Virus record (IMG/VR): IMGVR_UViG_3300011442_000020
Span: 1 to 32,511 of that record
Length of the DNA: 32,511 bases
Direction: 5' to 3' (one strand)
Origin: a virus
Taxonomy: Duplodnaviria; Caudoviricetes
Positions 8,390 through 17,292 of the stretch are shown here, one piece after another (positions within the stretch are counted from its first letter, which is position 1; each line of letters begins with the position of its first letter). A program made the position numbers and the translations under genes. The notes under the pieces are model-generated. The model saw only the letters and a list, made by a program, of their open reading frames with translations, searched no databases and was not told where the DNA came from.

Positions 8390-8946
8390 TCAACCGGACG
8401 GCCATCGACCGGCTGACGCTGCCGCTCGTCCTGCTGCCGCTGATCAAGGATCAGGCGCGCGTCAGGCACGACCGCGACGACGTGATCATCACCGCGCACG
8501 TGGCGGCCTCGATCGGCCTGGCCGAGCGGCTCTGCAATGTCTCGCTCTACCCGGCCGAGTACACCGTCACCGCCGACGAGATCTACTCCTGCCAGCGGCT
8601 CTCGCCGATGCCGACCCGCTGGCTGCTGCCGCTGAACAACGTCCGCGCCTTCACGATCACGGGCGCCGATGCCGCCGACCTGTCGGCGGGCTTCACGCTG
8701 TCGAATGCCGACTACGGCGGCAACGCGTCGAGCTATCTGCAGTCGGTCTCCGGCGCGACGATTCCGTGGGATGCCGGCCTGGCGCTTGTCGTCGGCGTCG
8801 AGGATCCGACCGATCTGGCGCCGGCGTTCCTGTCGCTGATCGCCCGCATGGCCGCGTCGATGTACGAGAACCGCGAGTCCAACGCCGATCTGTGGGCCGG
8901 CGGCTTCAGTGCCGAACTGATGGCGCTCTGGAGGCCTTTCGCATGA
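8386..8946 (+). CDS. Head-tail connector (HK97 gp6 / phiE125 gp8-like)
   Basis: IKDQARVRHDRDDVII...AERLCNVSL and C-terminal MAASMYENRE...L..LWRPF. Confidence 0.85.
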   Translation: MINRTAIDRLTLPLVLLPLIKDQARVRHDRDDVIITAHVAASIGLAERLCNVSLYPAEYTVTADEIYSCQRLSPMPTRWLLPLNNVRAFTITGADAADLSAGFTLSNADYGGNASSYLQSVSGATIPWDAGLALVVGVEDPTDLAPAFLSLIARMAASMYENRESNADLWAGGFSAELMALWRPFA

Positions 8947-9287
8947 AGGCCGGGCGCCTGCGTCACTGGTTGCGCATCGAGCGGCCGGATCCGACGACGC
9001 TCGACGGCTATCGCGGCGAGGTCAAGGTCTGGACGCCCGTCGCCGAGGTCGACGCCGCGATCGATAGCGTCAGCGGGCGCGAGTTTCTCGCCGCCGACCG
9101 CGAGCTGGCGGGCATCACCTGGCGCGTGACCCTGCGCGAGATCCCGGGCCTCACGATCGAGCCTGGCTGGCGCGGCGTCGAGATCGACGGCGACACGGCG
9201 CGAACGTTTGATTTCATCGCGGTTTTGCCGAGCCATGCGCGGAACGACATAACCCTCGCGGCCACGTCCGGCCAGTCTCAACCCTAG
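8943..9287 (+). CDS. Head closure / head-tail adaptor (SPP1 gp16-like)
   Basis: MKAGRLRH...I......D.Y.G....W..VAEV.A.I..VSGREF.AA. Confidence 0.9.
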   Translation: MKAGRLRHWLRIERPDPTTLDGYRGEVKVWTPVAEVDAAIDSVSGREFLAADRELAGITWRVTLREIPGLTIEPGWRGVEIDGDTARTFDFIAVLPSHARNDITLAATSGQSQP

Positions 9288-9301
9288 GAGGCCAAAACAT
9301 C

Positions 9302-10000
9302 ATGGCAAAGATCAAATCAGACGCGCACCTGTGGCTGACGGAGACCGGCGAGGCCGCGGCTCCGGCGATCGGCATCACCAGCATCACCAAGGCCAAGCCC
9401 TGCATACTGACGTGCAGCGCGGCGCTGCCGGCCGGCGTCGTCGTTGGCGACTTCGTGATGATCAGCGGCACGAACGAAGTGCTCCTGAACGGCAAGACGT
9501 TCCGGATCGAGGCGCTCGACATCACGACGCCGGCGGCGCCGAAGGTCACCCTCTACGGCTTCGACGGCACGAAGCTAAATGCCGCAGTCGGTGTCGTTCC
9601 ATCCGGTGCGCAGTTTTTCCAGAAGGCCGGCACGCTCGCGCTGCTCGAGGTCTGCCTCGTCAACCTGGTCGTGGCCGGCGTCGCGCCCGACTCGATCCAG
9701 ATGGACGACATGTGCGGATCGTCGACCGTGCTCGGCTCGCCGAAACCTCCGACCTTCACCTATTCGGGCTTCGTCGACGCCGAGTCTCCGGGCTACCGAA
9801 ACCTCGTGCAGGCATCGCTCGAAAGCCCGAAGCAGCTGCGCTACATGCTCGCGGATTACACCGTGGGAGGTGGCTACATCTTTGGCCCCGTCGAGATCGG
9901 CGAAATCACGATCACGGCTCAGACGGCGCAAGGCTTGCAATTCAGCGGCTCCGGCGTGTACACGTCGATGCCGACGTATAGCTGGGCGCTTGCGGCATGA
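9302..10000 (+). CDS. Major tail tube protein
   Basis: AGGAGG RBS. Has an ITSITKAKP...GDFVMISG insertion of the kind seen in Phage_tail_3-type tube proteins, is beta-rich, and lies just before the tail chaperone. Confidence 0.75.
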   Translation: MAKIKSDAHLWLTETGEAAAPAIGITSITKAKPCILTCSAALPAGVVVGDFVMISGTNEVLLNGKTFRIEALDITTPAAPKVTLYGFDGTKLNAAVGVVPSGAQFFQKAGTLALLEVCLVNLVVAGVAPDSIQMDDMCGSSTVLGSPKPPTFTYSGFVDAESPGYRNLVQASLESPKQLRYMLADYTVGGGYIFGPVEIGEITITAQTAQGLQFSGSGVYTSMPTYSWALAA

Positions 10001-10302
10001 GTTACGAACTGCAGGCCGAGCCGGTCTCCGGGAAGCTGGCGGCGCTCGGCGGCGTCGTCGAGCTGCGCGAGCTCCCCTACGGCGTCATGCGCGAAGTCAT
10101 GGCGTCCGGCGACAAGCCCGGGCAGAGTGCCGACCGTCTGCTCGGCGCTGCGCTGCACGTCGACGGAGTGCCGCTCGGATACGAGGCACTCGAGGCGCTG
10201 CCCGGTCGTTTCTCCGGCGCGATCGCGGGCGCGCTGCAGCGCTGCATGGTCATGCACGGCCTGACGGACGACGAGGCCGACGACGAAAGCCCAAAAGGCT
10301 AG
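9997..10302 (+). CDS. Tail assembly chaperone (lambda G analogue)
   Basis: Follows the tail tube; contains VELREL and an acidic C-terminus ending in a slippery site. Confidence 0.8.
   Translation: MSYELQAEPVSGKLAALGGVVELRELPYGVMREVMASGDKPGQSADRLLGAALHVDGVPLGYEALEALPGRFSGAIAGALQRCMVMHGLTDDEADDESPKG
10290..10296 (+). other. -1 programmed frameshift heptamer C CCA AAA
   Basis: X XXY YYZ pattern in the correct phase, one codon before the TAG. The -1 frame stays open to 10490. Confidence 0.85.
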
Positions 10303-10490
10303 CCCCGGAGCTGCGCATCATGTTCGCGATCGCCGAGCGCCTGCATCAGCCGATCACCGTCGTCGAGCGCATGAGCGCGCGCGAGGTGCAGGGCTGGGTC
10401 GACTTCTGGGGCGCGCAGGGCGCCGACGACGGCGCGATCGACATGGCGAGCCTGTCTCAGTCGCAACTTCGCAGCATGTTCCCGGGGTGA
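10290..10490 (+). CDS. Frameshift extension of the tail chaperone (lambda T analogue)
   Basis: The -1 frame reads PKRLAPELRIMFAIAERLHQPITVVERMSAREVQGWVDFW, a typical gpT-like pattern. Confidence 0.8.
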   Translation, partial: PKRLAPELRIMFAIAERLHQPITVVERMSAREVQGWVDFWGAQGADDGAIDMASLSQSQLRSMFPG

Positions 10491-10494
10491 AGCA

Positions 10495-10737
10495 ATGGCG
10501 ACGATAACGATCCTCCTCGATCGCGCGTGCAGCGGCGGTGAGCATGTCGTGCTCGACGTGAACGTCGACGGGCTGCAATTGAACGACGTGCCCGTCAACA
10601 GCACCGAACTGATGACGCCGCTTACGGTCGACGATGCGCCCACCATGGCGACGGCGCTGCTGCGCGTGCACTTCAAAGGCAAGACCCGGCAGCAGGCGCG
10701 CACCGAGCTACTTGCGGGCATAACGCTCACGGTTTGA
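10495..10737 (+). CDS. Hypothetical protein (80 aa), first gene of the putative appendage block
   Basis: Tightly packed ORF between the chaperone and the 380-aa gene. Confidence 0.7.
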   Translation: MATITILLDRACSGGEHVVLDVNVDGLQLNDVPVNSTELMTPLTVDDAPTMATALLRVHFKGKTRQQARTELLAGITLTV

Positions 10738-10741
10738 CGCC

Positions 10742-11884
10742 ATGGCACTCGTCTCCGAGAAAGGTCAGGTGTCTCTGGTCGCTGACTGGCCGCTGACGAA
10801 CGCCGCCACGGCTGCAGCGTCCAGCACGACCGAAGTGATCGACGCGAGCGCTGAGAAGGTTGCCTATGTCGGCAACGTGTGGCATCCGACTATCAAGACC
10901 GGCACGATCAATATCCGAAAGATTCATTTCCGCACAGGTACGGTGACGCTGAACGCCGCGAGTCAGATTCGGGTCAGCCTGCAGGACCTTAGCCTGACGG
11001 CTGGGCCGCCATTTCAGCCGGATGGTGTTCAGGACCAGTTTTTTGATTTCAAGACGGCAACGACGGTGCTCACCGCGAATGCGTGGCAGAACACCGGCAG
11101 CCTGAGCGCGGATAGACCTGTAAATCTCGCGTCTGACAGTGCGGGCGACACGAATTCTCGTCGGCTTGCCGTGGTGTTCGAGTATCAGGTGTTCACTGCC
11201 GCGGACACGGTGGTATTCACCGGGGCGCAGACGGGCTTGAACCTGGGCAACATCGCCGGTGTTCTATTGAACACGGGCGCATGGGCTGCCGTGGGCAACC
11301 GGTCGCCGATCGTCGCGTTCGAATGCGACGATGGCACGTTCGCCTTCCTGGGCGACGCCCTGGTGTACTCCGGTGGCGGCACGGCATCGGTGAGCAGCAC
11401 GGGCGCCATCCGACGCGGCGGGCTGAAGTTCAAGGTGCCGACGGCGCGCACGCTCGAGCGGATCGCGCTGGCCTTCACCATCCCGAACGGGAGCGACGGC
11501 AGGCTTGTTCTTTACGACAGCGACGGCACCACCGAGCTGCGGTCGATCGACATCGACAACGACGACGTTCGAGCGGCGGCATCCGCGGCGTATTTCGACC
11601 TGGTGATCGAGCCAGTGACGCTGCTAGCCGAGACTTACTACAGGCTGGCCTTCGTGGGCGGGACCGCGACCGCGGCGACCGTCCAATACCTCGACGTAAA
11701 TGCCGCGGGGCTGATGGACGGGTTCGTGCTCGGGCAAGACGCGCACTGGACGCAGCACGACGGCACGTCATGGGCCGACACGACGACGCGCCGGCCGGTC
11801 TTCGGTCTGGGGTTCGGCGCCTTCGACAACGGTGCGGCCGGCCTGCTCGTTCATCCCGGCATGACAGGGGGCATCCGTGGCTAA
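10742..11884 (+). CDS. Putative virion appendage / receptor-binding protein (beta-rich, 380 aa)
   Basis: Thr/Ala/Gly/aromatic beta-strand composition with two jelly-roll-sized halves and a C-terminal GLLVHPGMTGGIRG tail. Function is inferred from context. Confidence 0.55.
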   Translation: MALVSEKGQVSLVADWPLTNAATAAASSTTEVIDASAEKVAYVGNVWHPTIKTGTINIRKIHFRTGTVTLNAASQIRVSLQDLSLTAGPPFQPDGVQDQFFDFKTATTVLTANAWQNTGSLSADRPVNLASDSAGDTNSRRLAVVFEYQVFTAADTVVFTGAQTGLNLGNIAGVLLNTGAWAAVGNRSPIVAFECDDGTFAFLGDALVYSGGGTASVSSTGAIRRGGLKFKVPTARTLERIALAFTIPNGSDGRLVLYDSDGTTELRSIDIDNDDVRAAASAAYFDLVIEPVTLLAETYYRLAFVGGTATAATVQYLDVNAAGLMDGFVLGQDAHWTQHDGTSWADTTTRRPVFGLGFGAFDNGAAGLLVHPGMTGGIRG

Positions 11885-12701
11885 GTCACTCGTGAAAAAG
11901 GGATCGGCGTCGCGGACGGAGTACGTCTGGCTTCTCGATTCATCGGCGGCCGGCGGCGTCGGAAAGACCGGGCTGACGTTCTCCGGTCCGACCGCCTATT
12001 ACGCGCGCAACCGCGGCGCTGCGACGGCGATCACCCTGGCGACTCAGACCGCCACCGGCGCCTGGTCGAGCGGCGGGTTTGTCGAGGTCGACTCGGCCAA
12101 CATGCCCGGCCTGTATCGGTTCGATCCGCCGGACGCGGCATTTGCCTCGGGCGTCAACAAGGTCATTTTCCTGATCAAAGGCAGCGGCTTTGCGCCGGTC
12201 ATCCTCGAGTTTCAGCTCGTCGACTTCGACCCCGAGAATGCGGCAAGCCTCGGCCTGACGAACCTCGACGCGACGGTATCGAGCCGGGCGACGCAGGCAA
12301 GCGTCGACGACCTGCCGACGAATGCGGAGTTCGTTGCCGGCCTGGCCGCGGCTGATGATGCCGTGCTCGCGCGCCTCGGTACGCCGGCCGGCGCCAGTGT
12401 CTCGGCCGACATCGCGGCGATCAAGTCGGACACGACGGCGATCGTCGCCGACGGCAGCGGGCTCGATGCTGCCGGCGTGCGCGCCGCGATCGGCATGGCG
12501 TCGCCGAATCTCGACACGCAGCTCGCCGTCATCAGCTCCCAGATCGGCGCTGTCGGAAGCAGCAGCACGGCGATCAAGGCAAAGACGGACCAGTTGACGT
12601 TCACCGTGCCCGGGGTCGTCGACGCAAACGTTACGCACGTCATTGCCGACGCAGTCCGGCAGGACGGCTCGAATGACACCAACTGGGGAGGCCAGCCGTG
12701 A
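11877..12701 (+). CDS. Putative fibre/appendage structural protein (274 aa)
   Basis: N-terminal beta domain (GGFVEVDSANMPGLYRFD), then repeated helical segments (LDATVSSR, IAAIKSDT, IKAKTDQL) of the kind seen in trimeric fibre shafts. Confidence 0.6.
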   Translation: MAKSLVKKGSASRTEYVWLLDSSAAGGVGKTGLTFSGPTAYYARNRGAATAITLATQTATGAWSSGGFVEVDSANMPGLYRFDPPDAAFASGVNKVIFLIKGSGFAPVILEFQLVDFDPENAASLGLTNLDATVSSRATQASVDDLPTNAEFVAGLAAADDAVLARLGTPAGASVSADIAAIKSDTTAIVADGSGLDAAGVRAAIGMASPNLDTQLAVISSQIGAVGSSSTAIKAKTDQLTFTVPGVVDANVTHVIADAVRQDGSNDTNWGGQP

Positions 12702-12907
12702 GCGCCTGGCGCCGCGGAGCCTGGCGCGCCGGCGCATGGGCTGGCACCGCCTGGGCGGTCATCAGCGGCCCGGGCTTCAGCGGCGACCCGTGCCGCTCCC
12801 GCATGGTGTGCGTGCCATTCGAGGATCGCCAGGTGCAGGTCGCGCACGAGGATCGCACCGTCGTCGTCGACGCCAATGAACCCAGGCCGACGGAGAGATG
12901 CATATGA
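12698..12907 (+). CDS. Small linker-like protein with AWxxG pentapeptide repeats and two EDR motifs
   Basis: AWRRG-AWRAG-AWAGT-AWA and VPFEDRQVQVAHEDRTVVV; coupled at both ends. Confidence 0.7.
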   Translation: MSAWRRGAWRAGAWAGTAWAVISGPGFSGDPCRSRMVCVPFEDRQVQVAHEDRTVVVDANEPRPTERCI

Positions 12908-13260
12908 GCTTCAACGTCGCGAACCCGGCCGCGCCTTCGATCGTCAAGGATCCCGATGCCGTTCTCGATTACTCATTCGACTGGACGCTGTGGATGTGCG
13001 GCGACGACATGATCACGGGCCTGGTGACGATCGCCACCGGCTCGCTGGTCGTCGACTCCACGCTGATCGTTTCCGAGCTTGGCAGCGAAGGAGACCCGGA
13101 CGCGGTGCCGCCCGTGGAGCCGGTGCCTGCCTCGCACATCACCACCGCGGTCGTGAGCGGCGGCACGCCGGGCGCGACCGAGCAGGTGACGCACCGCATC
13201 ACGACCGAGCAGGGCCGCATCGACGATCGCACGATGTTCTTCAAGGTCAAGGAGCGCTGA
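12904..13260 (+). CDS. Putative fibre-tail adaptor protein
   Basis: KDPDAVLDYSFDW...VSGGT.G....VT.RITT..GR.DDRT..FKV.ER, a motif recalled from phage fibre-adaptor proteins. Confidence 0.75.
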   Translation: MSFNVANPAAPSIVKDPDAVLDYSFDWTLWMCGDDMITGLVTIATGSLVVDSTLIVSELGSEGDPDAVPPVEPVPASHITTAVVSGGTPGATEQVTHRITTEQGRIDDRTMFFKVKER

Positions 13261-13263
13261 CCC

Positions 13264-13659
13264 GTGGCGACCGAACGCGAGCTCGCGCAACTGCTCGAGG
13301 CCGGGCTCGTCGGCGTCGCCACGGTGCGCTGGGGATGGAAGGCACTGGAGGGCGCCGAGGCGCCTCCGTCCCTGCCGCTCGTCACCCTGCAGCGCAGCGT
13401 CGCCTCGGCGACCGCTTATCTCGACATGTGCGACCCGCGCAACCCGGCCGAGTCGCTGCCGCTCGTCGACACGACGTTGCAGGTGCACGTCTGGGTTGCA
13501 CAGTACGAGGCGGCGCGCCTGCTCAATGCGACCGTGCGCGGCCTGATCCTGGGCGCTGGCGGCTGGGTGCTGCAGGCCGAGGTCGACGACTACGAGCCGG
13601 CCTTTCGGGCCTGGCGGATCTCGGGCGAATACACGGGCGCCGGCATGGCGGTCGAATGA
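13264..13659 (+). CDS. Tail terminator/completion protein (DUF3168-like)
   Basis: LP.VT.QR...LQVHVW...YEAA..L...VR..........DDYEP....WR.S.EY. Confidence 0.75.
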   Translation: MATERELAQLLEAGLVGVATVRWGWKALEGAEAPPSLPLVTLQRSVASATAYLDMCDPRNPAESLPLVDTTLQVHVWVAQYEAARLLNATVRGLILGAGGWVLQAEVDDYEPAFRAWRISGEYTGAGMAVE

Positions 13660-14429
13660 TGGCATTCCCGCTGCCCCTGGTCGTCCCCAAGACGCGCATC
13701 GTCACCCTGGGAGGCAGCGGCGGCGAATCGGCCAGGCGCGCGACGCTTACCGCCGACATTCGCGCGCAAAGCCTGGCCGACGTGCATGCGATGCTGGTCG
13801 GCATCACGCGCGAGGACACCGCGCAGCAGATCCGGATCGGCAACCCGCCGCAGCTCGTCGAGGTCGACAACAAGACAAACGTTTCCGTCGAGAATGCGAA
13901 GCGCAAGACGGTCGTCGTATTCGGCACGACGCTCGCAAAGGCCGCGATGCGGATGGTCGAGACCGAGCTGCAGGCCGCCATCAGCGCTAGCACGCGGGTC
14001 AAGACCGGGCGCCTCCGCAACATGGGATCGTGGGAATGGCGATACATCCCGAAGGGCAGTAGCGCCCGGATCGTCAGCTCGGCCAACCCGCCGGCGGCGT
14101 TCGCCCGCGGCGACAAGCTGGTGCTGGTGCCTGCGTCGGTCCCCTACGCGACCGCGGTCAACCGCGCCGTGGCGAACAGCGGCCGACTCAACGCCCACAC
14201 CGCGACCGGCAGGAAACGCAAGGACGGATCGACGGCGCTACCGCCGAAGGCTTCGCAAAACCTGGGATTCCTGGCGGCGACGGCGCGTGCGGTGCGGCGG
14301 CGCTCGGAGTTCAAACAGTTCGCCGTCATCGTCGAATTCACGCGCGCGCACGCCGTCGCCGGCGAGGTCTACAAGCACGGGACCGGCGTGATAACGATCC
14401 GGCCTCGCTTCCGCCAGGTCAAGGTCTGA
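13656..14429 (+). CDS. Putative neck/tail completion protein (HK97 gp10-like, extended)
   Basis: Basic protein with VKTGRLRN and VPYA motifs; ATGA-coupled at 13656. Confidence 0.55.
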   Translation: MMAFPLPLVVPKTRIVTLGGSGGESARRATLTADIRAQSLADVHAMLVGITREDTAQQIRIGNPPQLVEVDNKTNVSVENAKRKTVVVFGTTLAKAAMRMVETELQAAISASTRVKTGRLRNMGSWEWRYIPKGSSARIVSSANPPAAFARGDKLVLVPASVPYATAVNRAVANSGRLNAHTATGRKRKDGSTALPPKASQNLGFLAATARAVRRRSEFKQFAVIVEFTRAHAVAGEVYKHGTGVITIRPRFRQVKV

Positions 14430-14433
14430 GGCC

Positions 14434-16410
14434 ATGGCCGACACGATCGAGCGACTCTACAAGCTGACGGTCGACGGCACGCAGGCCGCGCGCTCGCTCA
14501 AGCAGATCGAGGACGCGACCGCGCGGCTCGATGCACGCATGGCGTCGAGTATCGACGGCATCCGCAAATTCGGCGCGCAGCTCGCCGCCGCGGTTTCGAT
14601 CGGCGCCGTCGTGCACGGCTTCCAGCGAATCATCGATTCGATGGACGAGCTGTCGAAGGCGTCGCAGAAGGTCGGCATTGCCGCCGAGGAACTGCAGCGG
14701 CTCAGGTACGCCGCCGACCTGTCGGGCGTGAGCGCCGAGGAGCTCGACAAGGCGCTGGTGAAGCTGTCGCAGGCGATGACGAGCCTGGACGACAAGGGGA
14801 ACAAGGCGGCTGGCGTGCTGCGCTCGTTCGGCGTCAAGTCGACGGATACATCGATCCAGGCCCTGAAGAAATTCGCCGACGGGCTCGCGGCGATGCCCGA
14901 GGGTTTCGAGAAAACCGCGAAGGCCGCCGACCTGTTCGGCAAGCAGGTCGGGACGAAGATGATCCCGCTCCTGGGCCAGGGCGCCGAGGCGTTCGAAGCC
15001 CTGACGAGCGAGGCCGACAAGTTCGGCGGCATCGTCTCGGGCAAGACGCTCAAGGCGGCCGAGGAATTCAACGACAACATGAGTCGCCTGGCGCGCACGG
15101 CGGCCGGCATAGGAAAGCAACTCACCGAAGGAATGCTGTTCGCGCTCGTCGGCATCACGCGCACGTTGACGGAGGCCGCCAAGTCGGGCGACGGGTTCGT
15201 CACCGCCGGCGAGAAGATCGGCGAGCTCATCGCCAACATTGCCGGCTTCGCGATCAAGGGAACCGCGACGCTTTCGGCATTCGCGCGCACGGTCGAATTC
15301 ATCGGCGACCTGGCGACGAGTGCGATCTGGAATCGGCCGGCTCTTTTCCTCAAGTGGCGCGATGACATAAACGCACTCGACAAGGATGCGAACGCGGCGC
15401 TTTTGCGACTGCGAACGAACGTCGAGCGCGCCAGGACGGCATTCGCCGAGAACCCGCAACCCTCGCCGAGAACGCCGCCGAGAACGCCGGTCGATCCGCT
15501 CAAGGCAGCGGAGGAAGCGGCGCGCCTGGCGCGTGAGAAGGAGAAGCGCGAGAAGGAAGCCGGCGATGCGCTCGAGCGGCAACTGCAGTTCGAAAAGCAA
15601 CTGAGGGAAGCGACCGAGAAGTCGAACGCCGTGCAGACCGACGCCGAGCGCATCGCGACCAAACTGGTCGAGGCACGGATCGAAGTGACGAAGGCATCCG
15701 AGGCGAATTCCGAAGCTCTGCTGGTCGAGCAGGCGCGCCTCGATCGCCTGCTCGAGTTGTTCGAAACCGGCGAGCCGGAGGTAAAAGCCTGGGCCGCAGC
15801 CCAGCTCGCGGCGACCGCTGCCGCCAAGATCCACGGTTACACGCTCGAGGCGCAGCGCACCGAGCTCGACGCATTGAACGAATCCTTCGCGCAGTTCGTC
15901 AACGACGCCGCCAGCAGCGCCGGGCACCTGTCGGCGGCATTCTCGAAGATGGCGCAGACCATCATCACCGAGCTTCTGAAAATCTGGGCCAAGAAATACA
16001 TCCTTGACGTCGTGGCGGGCCTGTTCGGTGTCCCGACGAAAGCGGCGACGGGAAAGGTATTCGACGATGGCAAGGTCGTCCCCTTCGCCCGCGGCGGCGT
16101 GATCTCGCGGCCGGTCATGTTCCCGATGGCGCTTGCCGGCGAGGCCGGCCCCGAGGCGATCCTGCCGCTCAAGCGCGCCGCGAACGGCAACCTCGGCGTG
16201 CAGTCGACCGCGGTGCCGCTCAATGTCACGGTCAACAACTACGCCGACGCGACTGTACGTACCAGGCGCACCGGGCCGAACGACTTCGAGGTGCTCGTCG
16301 AGCGGACTCGGGCGGCGATCGCCTCGGACCTGCGGAGCGGCGGAAACCTCGTGTCGAAGTCTCTCGAGCAGGCATACGGTATCGGTCGCGGCGCGGCGGC
16401 AGCCTACTAG
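14434..16410 (+). CDS. Tape measure protein (658 aa)
   Basis: Ala-rich helical protein with LQRLRYAADLSGV and LFGK...MIPLL. C-terminal FARGGV...GEAGPEAILPL...VTVNNY. Confidence 0.93.
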   Translation: MADTIERLYKLTVDGTQAARSLKQIEDATARLDARMASSIDGIRKFGAQLAAAVSIGAVVHGFQRIIDSMDELSKASQKVGIAAEELQRLRYAADLSGVSAEELDKALVKLSQAMTSLDDKGNKAAGVLRSFGVKSTDTSIQALKKFADGLAAMPEGFEKTAKAADLFGKQVGTKMIPLLGQGAEAFEALTSEADKFGGIVSGKTLKAAEEFNDNMSRLARTAAGIGKQLTEGMLFALVGITRTLTEAAKSGDGFVTAGEKIGELIANIAGFAIKGTATLSAFARTVEFIGDLATSAIWNRPALFLKWRDDINALDKDANAALLRLRTNVERARTAFAENPQPSPRTPPRTPVDPLKAAEEAARLAREKEKREKEAGDALERQLQFEKQLREATEKSNAVQTDAERIATKLVEARIEVTKASEANSEALLVEQARLDRLLELFETGEPEVKAWAAAQLAATAAAKIHGYTLEAQRTELDALNESFAQFVNDAASSAGHLSAAFSKMAQTIITELLKIWAKKYILDVVAGLFGVPTKAATGKVFDDGKVVPFARGGVISRPVMFPMALAGEAGPEAILPLKRAANGNLGVQSTAVPLNVTVNNYADATVRTRRTGPNDFEVLVERTRAAIASDLRSGGNLVSKSLEQAYGIGRGAAAAY

Positions 16411-16419
16411 GGGCTTGCC

Positions 16420-16914
16420 TTGGCAACGGACGCACTCAAGACGGCGCGCGCCTCGGCGCCTGCCGGCCAGCGCATCATCGAAACGCTGGAGCTATGGCAC
16501 CCGGTCTGGCCGGCGCGCGTCTACCTGACGACCTGGCCGTCACCGTTCGACGCCAACATCGAGACGGCCGAGACCGTCACGTTTACCCCGTTCCCGTTCG
16601 CGGTCATCCTGCCGACGGTCGACGGCGCAGGCCAGCAGGACATGCGGGTAACGCTGACGAACGCAGACCAGCAGGTCGCCGACCTCGTGCGCCTGGCGCA
16701 TACCGACCCGACGAGGCGGATCGAATGCATCTATCGCGAGTTCCTGAACACCGCGCTCGACGCGCCGCAGTCGGCGCCGCTGCGCCTGACGTTCGACACG
16801 ATCACGATCGGCGATGAGTCGGTCACCGGCACCGCGGGCCGCTCCGACGTTCTGAACCGGCGCTTCCCGGGAATCTGGTATGACGTCGTGCGCTTTCCGG
16901 GGCTCGACAGGTGA
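16420..16914 (+). CDS. Tail tip protein (DUF1833 / lambda L-like)
   Basis: IETLEL.HP......YL, F...PF...LP, YREFL...L..P, and a C-terminal FP...Y....FPGL. Confidence 0.8.
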   Translation: MATDALKTARASAPAGQRIIETLELWHPVWPARVYLTTWPSPFDANIETAETVTFTPFPFAVILPTVDGAGQQDMRVTLTNADQQVADLVRLAHTDPTRRIECIYREFLNTALDAPQSAPLRLTFDTITIGDESVTGTAGRSDVLNRRFPGIWYDVVRFPGLDR

Positions 16915-17285
16915 CTATGACTGACGACCTGATCGGCAAGCCCTGGCGGCTCGGCGCACGCGGGCCGGATGCGTTCGATTGCTGGGGCGTCGTGCTCGAG
17001 CTCGCGCGCCGGGCCGGCCGGCCCGTGCCGCCCGATTGGCGCTCCGAGGATCTGACGCGCGCCGAGCAGCGCGCGCTGATGGCGGGCGAATCGCTCGCCC
17101 TCACCGAGCAGCTCGCCGGGCCGGCAGACGGCGCCATCGCATACAGCAGGCGCGCGAGTCACGTCGGCTATGTACTGCACGGGCGGGTCATTCATTCGGC
17201 CCGCGGCGCCGGCGTCGTCGCCTCGTCGCTGGCCCTGTGGGCTCTCACCTATCCGGATCGGACCTGGCACTCATGGCGCGGCTGA
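16911..17285 (+). CDS. NlpC/P60-type tail assembly protein (lambda K-like)
   Basis: LIGKPW..GARGPDAFDCWG...HVG......IHS, with the Cys-His-His residues present. Confidence 0.9.
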   Translation: MTMTDDLIGKPWRLGARGPDAFDCWGVVLELARRAGRPVPPDWRSEDLTRAEQRALMAGESLALTEQLAGPADGAIAYSRRASHVGYVLHGRVIHSARGAGVVASSLALWALTYPDRTWHSWRG

Positions 17286-17292
17286 AGACACC

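Noticed and set aside
15464-15489. Short CGCCGAGAACGC duplication in the tape measure gene (SPRTPPRTP)
   Set aside because: A two-copy in-frame micro-duplication in a linker, with no sign of function.
16911-17285. NlpC/P60 protein as the missing endolysin
   Set aside because: Its position between the L-like and J-like genes and its size match the lambda K-type tail assembly protein.
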